Below are positions 23,716-34,867 of a stretch of DNA of 64,000 nt, one piece after another. The notes below the pieces were generated by a model. It ran no database searches. It had not been told where the DNA came from and worked only from the letters and a program-made list of their open reading frames with translations. The stretch spans positions 1,019,370-1,083,369 of the forward strand of contig NW_003314285.1 in the NCBI RefSeq assembly GCF_000143415.4. Direction: 5' to 3'. The stretch's first letter is position 1; each line of letters opens with the position of its first letter. A program made the position numbers and the translations under genes. Source of the stretch: Selaginella moellendorffii (Eukaryota; Plantae; Lycopodiophyta).

Positions 23716-25471
23716 ATGGCAGGCGTCGCGACTCCCAACCACGCCCTCCTCTTCATTGCTGGCGGCGCCTACCTCTCGAGTAAGCAATCCTCCACAGATC
23801 TCTTTCCCCGGCGCATCGATCAGAATTTCGCGGAGCCGAGAGGTTTTAGCAGGGTTTATGTGACAAGGAATCCACGCCGGCCGCTGGCGCTGTCGGCATC
23901 GATCCAGCGCGCCCCCATTCGCGGGCCGAGCTTGAGCGTGGCGGTCAAGAAGCGGCGAGAATTGGGCCAAGCCCGAGCTTTCTGGAGCGATGCTTTTGAG
24001 GGCTACTTGGGCGAGGAGAACGAGCTCCCCCAGGACCCTTGGAACCGGCTCACGAGGTTCTTGCGGAGGAGCGTCTCGGGTGTTGGAAAGGGGCGGTCCG
24101 GGACTTTCTTGGAGCAAGTTTTTCTTTACGCTGTCTATGCCGCGGTGAGCTGCTTGGTCCAGCTTATAGGCCTGCGGTACATGGATCCACACAGGATCGA
24201 CACGAAGAAGGCCACCGCCTGTAAGAAGGAGTTGTCCAAGCGCTTGGGACGTGATCTCAAGCAAACCAACATGTACGAGGTGCGTTACTTTGTGTTTGAT
24301 CTTTTTTTTTTTCTTTCTTTGAGCTGGTTGACTGACGCATTTGTTTTCATTTGTTCTTCTTGCTGAAACAGGATATTATTGCTGGGAACGTCGTGAATCC
24401 GCAGGGGATTGACGTGACTTTTTCGTCCATCGGTGGATTGGAAGATGTGAAAGACTCTTTGTATGAGCTCGCGATTCTTCCTCTGCAACGCCCGGAGCTC
24501 TTCTCGCAGGGAAAGCTGCTGAGACCCCAGAAAGGAGTGCTTCTTTATGGACCACCGGGGACTGGGAAGACTCTTCTTGCGAAAGCACTCGCCAAGGAGG
24601 CGCGAGCGGTGTTTATAAACGTCCAGATCGCGAGTCTGATGAGCAAATGGTTGGGCGATGCACAGAAGCTCGGTATGTTTTGCTCTTTCATTGGTAGCTG
24701 ATCGAATTTCTTTTCTTCGTACAGTGACTGCTGTATTTACCTTGGCTCACAAGCTCCAGCCTTCTATCATCTTCATCGATGAAGTGGACAGCTTCTTGGG
24801 ACGTCGAGGAGTTACCAGTCACGAAGTCATGACTCAAATGAAGACTGAGTTTATGGCTCTATGGGATGGCTTGACCACTGATCGTAAGTTCACTTCAAAA
24901 TCCTTTTTTCTCGATGTTTTGGCTTTTTGCTGACCACGAGCTTAATCCAGAGAATGCAAGGGTGCTTGTCTTGGCTGCCACGAACAGGCCATGGGAGCTG
25001 GACGAAGCCATCCTCCGCCGTCTTCCTCGAGCTTTCGAGATTGGTATGCCGGACGTGAAGCAGCGAGCGAGCATTCTCCAAGTTTTGCTCAAGGAAGAGC
25101 GAGTGGAGGACGACCTCGACATCGACTACTTGGCGAGCTTGTGTGACGGCTGCAGTGGATCCGACTTGACCGAGCTTTGCAAGCAGGCTGCCTATCTTCC
25201 TATCCGGGATCTCCTCGAGCAGGAAAAGCACGGGTTGTCATCTGGAAAGGTAAGGGAGTCCGATACATCTTTGCTTTGTTTTGACGATCGATCGATCTCT
25301 CTTCAGGTTGCAAGAAAGCTCAAGCAGAGTGACTTCGAGTCCGTTCTCATGAACAATCGCTCGTCCAAAGCGGCGGCATTCGAGTACCAAAGCAAGAAGC
25401 ATTACGATAAGAACAATCGAGACAACATCCCAGTCTTCACCACCAGCGATTTTCCGTTCGCTTGCAACTAA
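23716..25471 (+). CDS. MSP1/ATAD1-like AAA ATPase with long N-terminal extension, multi-exon
   Basis: TM segment [28 protein letters not shown], Walker A GPPGTGKT, Walker [18 protein letters not shown]...DEAILRR. Introns near 24280, 24673, 24884 and 25250-25306. Confidence 0.9.
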
Positions 25472-26141
25472 GAAAAAGAAAACGAGGAAGGTACTCTCGA
25501 TTACGAAGGATTCTTTGCGTGTAATAGATGGTTGCTAGACAAGAACTATGGCTCCACAGGATTATTTCTTCACAGGGAAACTTTAATAGATGCTTGAGTT
25601 TTAATCGGAAAGCTCTATTTTCTAGATGTAGTTAGTTACTATGGCCCGTTTATTTCGATTAGGGTTTCCATGGCACAGGGGAGCCATGGAAGAGGAAGCG
25701 CCTTCGCTGGAGCTCGGGCGCCTCGCGACAGGTAAGCGATGGATCGCGGCCTTGCTTTTCTTTCCGCTCCATAGATTGTGGCTGCCTGCATTGCATTCTC
25801 GCGTCGATCCAGCTCTTGCCGGTGGATTTCGTAGAGCTGCGTCGATTCTCTAGCTTCTGGATGGATTTCCTGCGTCCTTTTGCTCTTTTGTTGCGGATCG
25901 ATCGCTTTCTTGGTCAAAATATCCGTTTTGAGCTGCTCTGGCTGTGGATTCTAAGCAAGGTTTTCGTGTTTTTGCTCTCTGGCAGGAATGCGGTACCGTG
26001 TTCATGTGTTATCCAACGAGAAAGGTCCGTTTTTTCCGTCTTTCAGTTTTTATAACGTCCCAGAACGCCCAGAACGGTGGCCGAGAGAAGGAACCAACTA
26101 TCTTTGCCTACACCGCAGCGTTACCTAGAGGTTAGCAAGGG

Positions 26142-27080
26142 ATGGAGCAGCAGCGCTCGAGGCAGCACGTCGAAAAGCCGAGGCTGGAGATTCCAGACTC
26201 GAAGCTCTCGCCAGGAAATGCATCGTCTTCGTCCCCACGAAGCATGCATGGATTTCCAACGAGTCCCGAGTATGTCTCCTCGTCTGGCAGAGACGTCAAG
26301 AGCTTCGAGGATTGGTCTTCCCAGTCCGCGGCTTCTCTCGTCCCGGCTATCAGCTCCCAGGATGATGCCGCTGGTGTTGTTGAGGTGGTGGGAAGGAAGA
26401 GGCTACACTTCTACGTTGGGGAGTTCGTGCTGGTTAGATGCAACCATACCAAATGGCTGCTGGGACAAGTTCGTCGCTCGTCGAGGAATGGAGTCATAGT
26501 TTGGGTTGGAGCTGCGCAGACACTCGTCAATGTTCCCTATGATTTACTGGTTTCGCATTTCGTGAAGCTTGACAGCCCGTCGCTGCCGGCGTCTCCACCA
26601 TCAAGTTTGCCTCCGGAGACTTTGGTCGAGGTTGGCCGGGATGGACAGATCTTGGCACCGTTCCAGTGTGTTCGTCCGGCACATCTATCGCACAGGAAGC
26701 TCTTTCAGCCACTCAAGTTTTTCTCGACGGACGGGAACCAGGGAAACAGTGCTTTTGCTGCGGCTAGTTCGATGCAACACAACGAAGTCAGGGAAGGGGG
26801 CAGCGATGGAGTCCGGAGGGAGATGCTCTTTCTTGCAGACCGTGGCTCGGCTTCACTTCCGGCTTATACTCCCGGGAAATTGGAGACTCTTGAAGTGTTC
26901 AAAGGCTTGAAAGACACACAAGAAGCCGGGCAGAGGACTTCGCAGCCTTCGTACTCGCTTTGCAGATTTAGATTCTCGGAAGACGATACGTCGTCCATTG
27001 CGAGTAGAGCTAGCGAATCTGTTTCGACAGGAAACAATCGTTTGATCAAGAAATGGGCAAGTTCGAGTGGATCACGGTGA
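26142..27080 (+). CDS. Hypothetical Ser-rich protein (312 aa); may have upstream exons from 25686
   Basis: Long GC-rich ORF with a short SH3/Tudor-like stretch (FYVGEFVLVRCNHTKWLLGQV...VIVWV). No family recognised with confidence. Confidence 0.55.
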   Translation: MEQQRSRQHVEKPRLEIPDSKLSPGNASSSSPRSMHGFPTSPEYVSSSGRDVKSFEDWSSQSAASLVPAISSQDDAAGVVEVVGRKRLHFYVGEFVLVRCNHTKWLLGQVRRSSRNGVIVWVGAAQTLVNVPYDLLVSHFVKLDSPSLPASPPSSLPPETLVEVGRDGQILAPFQCVRPAHLSHRKLFQPLKFFSTDGNQGNSAFAAASSMQHNEVREGGSDGVRREMLFLADRGSASLPAYTPGKLETLEVFKGLKDTQEAGQRTSQPSYSLCRFRFSEDDTSSIASRASESVSTGNNRLIKKWASSSGSR

Positions 27081-27385
27081 TAAAAAACGGCTTGGACATC
27101 AGAAAGACGCAGTGTAATTACTAGGAGGTGAGCTCTCAAAAGTTTTCTTCTTCTTTGTTTTTTTTTTTTTTTCCTCTGCGGCTTAGCTAACGCTTCTCTT
27201 TCTTTCTTGACAGGTTGTTTAAAAGTTTGTACTTTTGACTCACAGAGAAATAAAATTCTGGTGGTTGAATCACCTCAAAGGTAGGGTTTTCTTTAATTCA
27301 CGTGCTGCTTAGGTCGAAGGCGGAGCTTCGTCTTCGTCGCACGTAACTTCCAGAAAGTTCTTGATAGATTCTGAGGCGTGAGTAT

Positions 27386-28156
27386 ATGCAGGTTTTCAAT
27401 GGCCTATCCTCCAGATTTACCAGGTTGAAGGAGCAGCATTTTTATTCTTCTTTCTTTTGTTTCTCTTGTCCTGATGAAAAACTGTTTGCAGCCAAGGAAG
27501 ATCTGGCGAGTGCACACAGCACAGACTTATCGCCTTCAGCAACAACGATTGCATTTGAGCCGGTCCTTCCAGTGTTACGAGTACCAGTTCCTGCCGGAAG
27601 TGATGATGATCCTTCGAAAGGTCCATTCGTTTTGGCATTCAAGGACGAGGCAAGCTGGAGCCGTGCATGGCAGAACTGCGAAAAACAAATTACTTCACAG
27701 TGCGAGGTACGTAAGCCTTAGAAATTGAATGGGAGCACCTACTCACTTCGTTTTTCCTAGGCTGCTACTATGAAGGGTTGTTCGATCACTGCCTCAAAGG
27801 CTTGCCGCTCCCCCTGGTGGAAAGCGTTCGTCCCAAATTTTAATACCAGCACGGAAGGCCGAGAAGCTTGCGAGGAGAAGGCCATGATGGCTTGTCTTGC
27901 TGCGTCTAGACGAGACGGGATTAAGTTCGCGAGGGGAGTTTGCGAAGAGGTGTTCGGTGATGCAAGGATAGCGAACAAGCTCCAGTTTGCTAATCCACAA
28001 GGACACACAAACAGATCGACAGAGAACGCATCGACAAGCAACCACAACCAAGTCTTGATCGAGAATCCAGGCTCCACAAACTTTAGAGGGAGGTCTCTTA
28101 CGGATGGAGCAGACGACAAGCATTACCAAAGCTCTCTGGGGAAGCGAATGCTCTAG
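27386..28156 (+). CDS. Conserved plant protein of unknown function (Cys-rich); start uncertain
   Basis: PVLPVLRVPVPAG.DDDPSKGPFVLAF...QCE|AATMKGCSITASKACRSPWW joined across a GT-AG intron at 27707-27760. Confidence 0.7.
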
Positions 28157-29078
28157 AATGGATGGGAAGGTGGTCTGGTCTCTCCGAAAGAGAAGAGCGA
28201 TGCAATAGCAGCAGGAGTAATGGACCAACCGAAACTGTGGCTCGAGTTTGTGAGCGAAGCTGTGACAAAGCTAAGGAAATCTTTCAAGGACTAAAGGAAA
28301 GAGGAAGAGAAATAATTATGGGTTCGAACTCTCAGCAGATTCAGTATTCCAAGTTCATCGAGCTCCCTGGCAAAAGTGAAGGTCAGGTACGTGTGGAACG
28401 CAGCCATGCTTGGACCCAGTGCCAGTGAGTTTGTGCAGCTAGGAGTGTTAAGACTGCATGGCTTCTCATGGTTTACAAGGGCTTCTCATGGTTTACAAGT
28501 GACCAGACTACACGAAGAATTTGCTGCAAAAGCATTGGAAGTTGAATTCCTGGTGAGTTGTCTTGGCAATCTTGCAACATGCGAGAGGAGTACAGTGAAA
28601 TTTTCCACTTGGCACCGCAGCTGAATAGACCAGTCTTGCAAAACACCTGCAGCCAACTCAAATCTGAAGCAATCAATTGTTTTCGCTTTTGAAGATGAGT
28701 GTGCAGCAATAAAGAGTTTATCAAGAAGCTTTCTGGAGAATTTGGCTGAGACCTATTAAGGTGGAGATTGTTACACCTTTTTTTCTTTAGTAAAGGTCAA
28801 AAGGTAAGGGAATATTCACAGTAGAGTCTAGTACTTGGCATGATCAGGTATCTTGAGATATTCAGTAGATCTGTGTGTCATGCATGACCTGGGAGGAGTC
28901 TTGGTTACTGTTGCTTGCATAAAAAATAGTCAATATTAAATTTAACATAGTACATACAATGTGTCTACAAATGTATACACAACTTTAAACAGAAGATAAT
29001 ATTTTTAGAAGAGTGATACTATTACTAATCTAAATAATTAAAACCACTATAAAATTATTTTATTTATAAATCTAAAAT

Positions 29079-30077
29079 ATGTTATTTTTAGCATTTATAA
29101 TCCTATTTTTTGTAGATATAGTTTCAAATGCAATAGTTTGGGGAGATAATTACACATTAATTCAAGATGAAGTTGCTATAATTATTGAACATGGATTTAG
29201 AGTACTTGAAGCACAAATTAATAATTCATTTCCTGATTATTCTTCTACTTATGACAATTGGATGTCTGTAAATTTTGGTAGAGGAGCTACTCTTTTAATG
29301 ATAAATCGTATGGAAGCAAATCCTCCAAATTGTTTATTTGGTAAGGATAAATTTGAATATACAGTTAATGGTCATGCACTTAGAAGTGGATTTGTGCGTT
29401 TTTCTGTTCATGATGCAAAAGATCATTGACTCCAAGAACAACAAAGCCTCCAACAAGTGCAGCTGCACTTGCGTGCCTCGCAATGATTCCAGCAGCGCTA
29501 AGTCATTAAGAAAAATTTATACTGATGCAATGCTAAAAGCACACTCTAATATGTGTGATATTAAATCTTTAAACTATAGAATTGCATATGCTACATATTA
29601 ATGGTGGAATATTACTGATGATATTTACAGTTTAAAATCTTTACATACCATTTCTTATAAAGATCCTAAAACTTGTGATACTAAAAAAAGTACATTATTT
29701 TCAGGTTTTTATAAACATAACTTAAGAACTTATGAATATTTAATATCTCCAAATGGAAAAAATATACTTTTTATATCCACAAACTGTAAACTTATATTAT
29801 ATTCTGGTAGAAAACTTGTGCGGATGTCTAGAGTTATAGAAACATATATTGGATTTTGTGAACTTACCTTAAAAAATGATGGTAATCTTGTATTAAAGAC
29901 AAAATTAAAAAAATTAATTTGGTCTATTGATAAATATTGCATTAGTCAACCTTACTGTTTATTTCTTACATTCATGCAATACAAAATGATTGTAATCTTG
30001 TAGTTTATTCACTAAAATCGCCAAATCATATTTGGTGGTCTACAGGAACACAAAATCATCCCAATTGTATAAAATGA
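29079..30077 (+). pseudogene. Paralog of the 21361 B-lectin-domain gene with a ~106-bp insertion, an in-frame TAA (29599-29601) and a frameshift near 29960
   Basis: Colinear motifs WG.NYTL.Q.EV, YD.W.SV.FGRGA, PPNC, MCDI, WWNY, LISPNGKNIL, QNDCNLVVY and terminal C-I-K-stop. Confidence 0.8.
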
Positions 30078-31861
30078 TATATATTTCATTAATTTAACAA
30101 GTTTACATTAATAATAGCTAATGATAAATATTTTAAAATAAATTATGCCAAATATAGTTTATATATTTAAGATATTTCACTACAGACTTTCATTTCAACT
30201 TTATTATATATTTTTTAATTAATTTGCTAATATTTCTTGTTATGAGCAGTTAAATACTATACTACAAAACATTAGTGCCATATACATATATGTATTGAAA
30301 GACCTTACACTATCCTTCCCTCTGGAAAATGAAAAGGTGATAATGATAAGTCAGGTGGAATCAATATTTTTTGAATTCAAATTAAAATTTTTGTTTTGTT
30401 TTAATTAATTTGAATTCAAATTAAAACTGTTCAATTAGCATCACAAAAAGTTAAAGAAATCAATAGATTTTAACTCCTTATGTCATCATAATAAATTTTA
30501 TTAGCTTCTTTTTAGATAAAAAATCAGAATAAACTTGATTAGAGAGCAATTGATAAAAATAAAAATTAAGATTTGCTTTAAGAGAGGTAGTTCAAAAACA
30601 TTTCTAGTGATATTATTAATCTTGGTTAATATTTTTAATAAACATGATTTTTGACTAGGCTTGAGTGCAAAGCCTCATCTAACTCTCCCCTCTCTCCTGT
30701 TCTCTCCTCTCTTTCTAACTCTCCTCTCTTCTCTTCTCCTTTTCCTCTCCTTCTCACTCTTGATAGCAGCTCTATCATGTGCAAAGGGAATTGGGTGATA
30801 TTTTTCTATACACAAGCTTGGCCTTGGCCATCTACAGCCTTATTGCTGCCATGGCCAAGTCTGGCAGGATGTATGGGCACCCAGCTCCTTAAGAGCCAAT
30901 AGGGTGGTTACTCTAGGCATCCTTGACAAGGAAGACAATGAGAGATCTTTTTACCTTTTGTGATTGCCACACATACATGAATGTGACATAAGGAAGGCAA
31001 TATAAGAGTAGTGCACCATGACAGATTTGATTGGCCCAAAGAAATCTCTACTGTTGAGAGGGAAGCCATTCAATGGTGGGGAGAACACTCTATTACACTC
31101 TAAAATCCTACTTAAATATATTTATTGTGTGAAGTCCTAGAAAATAGGGAAGAAAGGGAATATACCCTTATGCCCAGAATATTTCTACAGTAGAATATTC
31201 TAGGGAATTTCACTCAAGTTTAAACCATCTCCTAACAGGTGATCATGAGGGAATGCATTAGCTCTATCACACAAGGACCCACAGCAAAAGTGCTAGAGTA
31301 GAATTTAAAGTGATACCCTATGTTGACAACTACTGCAAGGAGAAAATACTAAAGAAAAAACAAAAAGAAGAAAGAAGAAAGAGAGAAGAGAATGTAGAGT
31401 TCTAAAGTCAAGGGGAAAACCACATGGCAAACTGGACAAAAGAATTAGACACTACAGCAAGAAGAGATAGTGGAGAAAAGAAAAGTGAAAATGAAATAAA
31501 TAAAAGAGAAGAAAAAAGGAAAAAACAAAGGAAGAATAAAAAAGAAGAAGATGAAAACATGAAATCAAGTAGGAGAACAACATACCTAGACTCCAATTTA
31601 AGGCATTTTCACCTCTGGAAAGTGCCTTAAACATAGCTTAACTACGTTCAAAGTTCCAATAGAATGAATGAATAAATGTGGGATTGGGTAAAACATCTAC
31701 CCAAAGTAATATTTGGGCTCACGGTGATAATATATCTAAATCTCATCCCATAATCACATGCATTACAAAGGTGAATATAATAATTATATTTTTCTCAAGT
31801 TTTAGAGAAGATAAGAATGTTAAAAAAAAGATGATAATAAAGAGATTAATAAAATCATAAA

Positions 31862-32102
31862 AGATGCCATTCATCATATTTTGGAAAACTAGAAGAATAT
31901 TAGTTAAACCAAAAGGCATCACAATATATTTAAATTGGCTATAACAAATATAAAAAAGTGCTTTTCACTCATCACCTTTCTGAATATGGGTGAATTTATA
32001 AATGCCAGACAAGTTAATGTTATTAAACAACTATGTCTTGGAGAGCCATTCCAACATCTCAAAGATCAAAAGAAATGGATATTAATTGGGAACTGTGATT
32101 TT
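31862..32102 (-). pseudogene. Highly degenerate gypsy RT fragment (related to element A)
   Basis: Minus strand reads KITVPN*YPFLLI.EMLE...GDE*KA...YSQFKYIVMPFGLTN...FQNMMNGI. Confidence 0.7.
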
Positions 32103-34867
32103 GTGATTCAAAGTTTGGTTCTAAAACAAGAAACTATTGTTTATGTTAAATATTTTATTGGAAGTTGCAATTTATTGGAGTTGCAAGTGAAATACTATTA
32201 AATTGATTTAATATATTTTATATAACTTTTGCAAATTATTAAGAGCTTACTGAAGCTCTAAGGAAGCCATTGATATCAAAGTGTTTAAACTATCACAGGC
32301 TTGTCATCAGAAGGAGGGGAGAGTATAAAACTACTAAAATACTAAAATAATAGAGAATAAAAGATGGATTTATGTTTGATCAAGTGTAAAACCTGTAAAT
32401 TATAGAGGTTTTAGAAACTAATTTAAATTTTAATCTGGATAAATTCCATGCTAATTCTAGATGCCCTTCCATATGCATAGCAAGTCTTTAAGTTTAAATC
32501 CCATGAGCAAAAGTTTTGGGTTCAATTCCTACAATGGCCAATAATAATGAATATACTCCTTAGTAAATACAGAGAGAAGGCAAATATATGATATTAAGAG
32601 CATCAAAAGGTAAATGAATGTATTCATAATTACAAGGAAAAATCATAAAATAAATATTTTTTAGTTCTAAACTTTGAATTTAAAATTTACTTTATTTAGA
32701 AGATAAAATTCATCAAAATAAGCACATAAAATGTAGTAGATAATTTATAAATGAATAATTTTAGTTAAATAAAGTGTGATTTCTCATATTAGACAATTAC
32801 TATTTTTCGTTAGATTAAGTTAAACTACATTAGTGTAGTTAAAAGATAAAAATCATATTTTATAATTATTAATAATTATCTTCTATGACTAGTATTAGTA
32901 ATTAATACACTCACATTAATGAAGTTGAGGGGTAGCTTTGATTGTTTTTAAGAAGTGTTAGGATTTAGGATTTTGGTTTAGATCTATCTTTTGCATATAA
33001 TTGTTCTTAACTTCTTCTCTTTTATTCTTTTCTTTTTGTTCATCTTTATGGTAGAGTAATAGACTCCTCCTCCTTTGACTCTAGAATAACGGTTGGTGCA
33101 ATTGCTTGATGCTATGTAATTGCAATTGAACAATCAGATTTAGTTGATGGTAGCATTCATAGTACGTGGTATAGCTCCTCCTACTCTTGCTGCTAATTCT
33201 CACGTCTGGCTTGAGTTCTTCCATGAGAATCTTAGGGATGATATATACTATTGGTTTTATCAATTTAGGGTGATTGTCATATATCATTTTTCAGATGATG
33301 CTTGGCATTTGCATGAGTTTCCCACATGTCTTCAAGGGATGGCATTACAATGGTACAATGGTTTAAATGTAACCACTTATAAGGATTGGAACAATCTCTC
33401 TGATGTCTTCAATTGTGCATTTAGACATGTTGATAATTGTAAAGGCTCAAGTTTATCTTCTATTACTTTGCCTGTTACCACATGTTACCATTTACATTTG
33501 TGTTATGTGAAAGAGTCAATTTTCATTTTTTATGGCAACAACCATACACACATATGTCCACGAGATGAGGCAGACTTTGGTGTGCATATAGGTAATTTCA
33601 AGCTTGAGTTATAATCATTGCAAATGGTGCCAAGTTAAGTTTTTGACCTCATCCTTATTATGGATTGGTTGCAATGCAATCATGCTAAATGTGGCTTTGA
33701 GGCTTCTCCCCTTTATCTCATACTTTTTTATATTTTTTCCATTCCTTTCACTTTTATTCTTTTTTGTCCTTTTACTTCTACCTTTGCTTCTATCATTTTT
33801 ATCTCCTCATTACTTCTTATTGTATTTCCATTTTATTCCTTTCTTCTTTTTTCCAATCCCTCTAACGGTCTTTGTATTGTAGCAGTTGACTGCTTTATGA
33901 AGGAGTATGCCAATCTCTTTGAATTTGACTTGTCATTTGAAGGCAAGATTGCAACATGTCATCTTATTCTAACTAGGGATGCTTATCTAATCAAGGTTCT
34001 TGTTCGTTATTAGTCACCTAAAAAGGTTAAGATTTTATTTGCAAATGTCAAAGAGATGTTGAAAAGGGGTGTTATTCGAAAGTCATAGAGTCCTTGAGCG
34101 TGTGAACCTCATCTTGTGACAAAGTCTAATGGGTGTATTCATTTTTGCATCAATTATCATCCGTTAAATAAAGTAATGATCTCAACTATATACCCTCTTC
34201 CTCACACTGCTGATCTTTTGAATCATTTGGGGAGAAGTTGTTGGTTGACCAAGTTAAATCTTACTTTTGGTTATTAGTAAGTATCAGTGGCTAAAGATGA
34301 TATTCCTAATATTAATTTTCATATATTATTTTATTTGTACAAGTTCTTGATGATGCTATTTGGTTTGTAGTATGCTTTAGCAACTTTTCAGCAAATGATG
34401 GGTGAGGTTCTTTGTGATATGCTAAAAATGACTATTGACTTTATCAATAATGTTTTAATCCACTCGAAGGGGACATGGGAGGAATACATTTCTGATGTTT
34501 GTAAAGTGTTGGATTGGCATCAGGAAGTTAGTTTAAAGCTGAAGTAGTTGAAGTGGATGTTTAGGTTCAAGGACACTACTTATCTTGGGTACTATATTTC
34601 TCATAAGGGTTTGCAAATTAATCTTGACAAACTTGTAACTATTCTAAAGTTCTTTACTCCAAAGTCTATGAATGATATGTAGCACTTCCTGGGCAACATG
34701 TAGTATCTCAGTCATTTTGTTAATCATCTTTCTAATCACATTATATCATTGCGAGCATTGTTGAAGTCATCAATCTCATCTTTTATTTGGTCTGCAAACT
34801 GTGAGCAAGCGTTTACGGATCTCAAAGCTATTGATAGCTCTGTAAGCTCCTGAGTTTGGACTTCCTG

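Noticed and set aside
25944-26141. Upstream ORF in frame with 26142 separated by one TAG (possible readthrough)
   Set aside because: The upstream part begins inside a probable intron, and a spliced model would need a 22-nt intron; unsupported.
28162-28624. Short ORFs (QQIQYSK, superficially CKS-like) and a 20-bp tandem duplication at 28460-28499
   Set aside because: Similarity stops after a few residues and no coherent gene model emerges.
32775-32915. TGTGA...CTCACA segment as the 5' LTR of element E
   Set aside because: Not alignable with 48483-48639 and no TSD; left unassigned.
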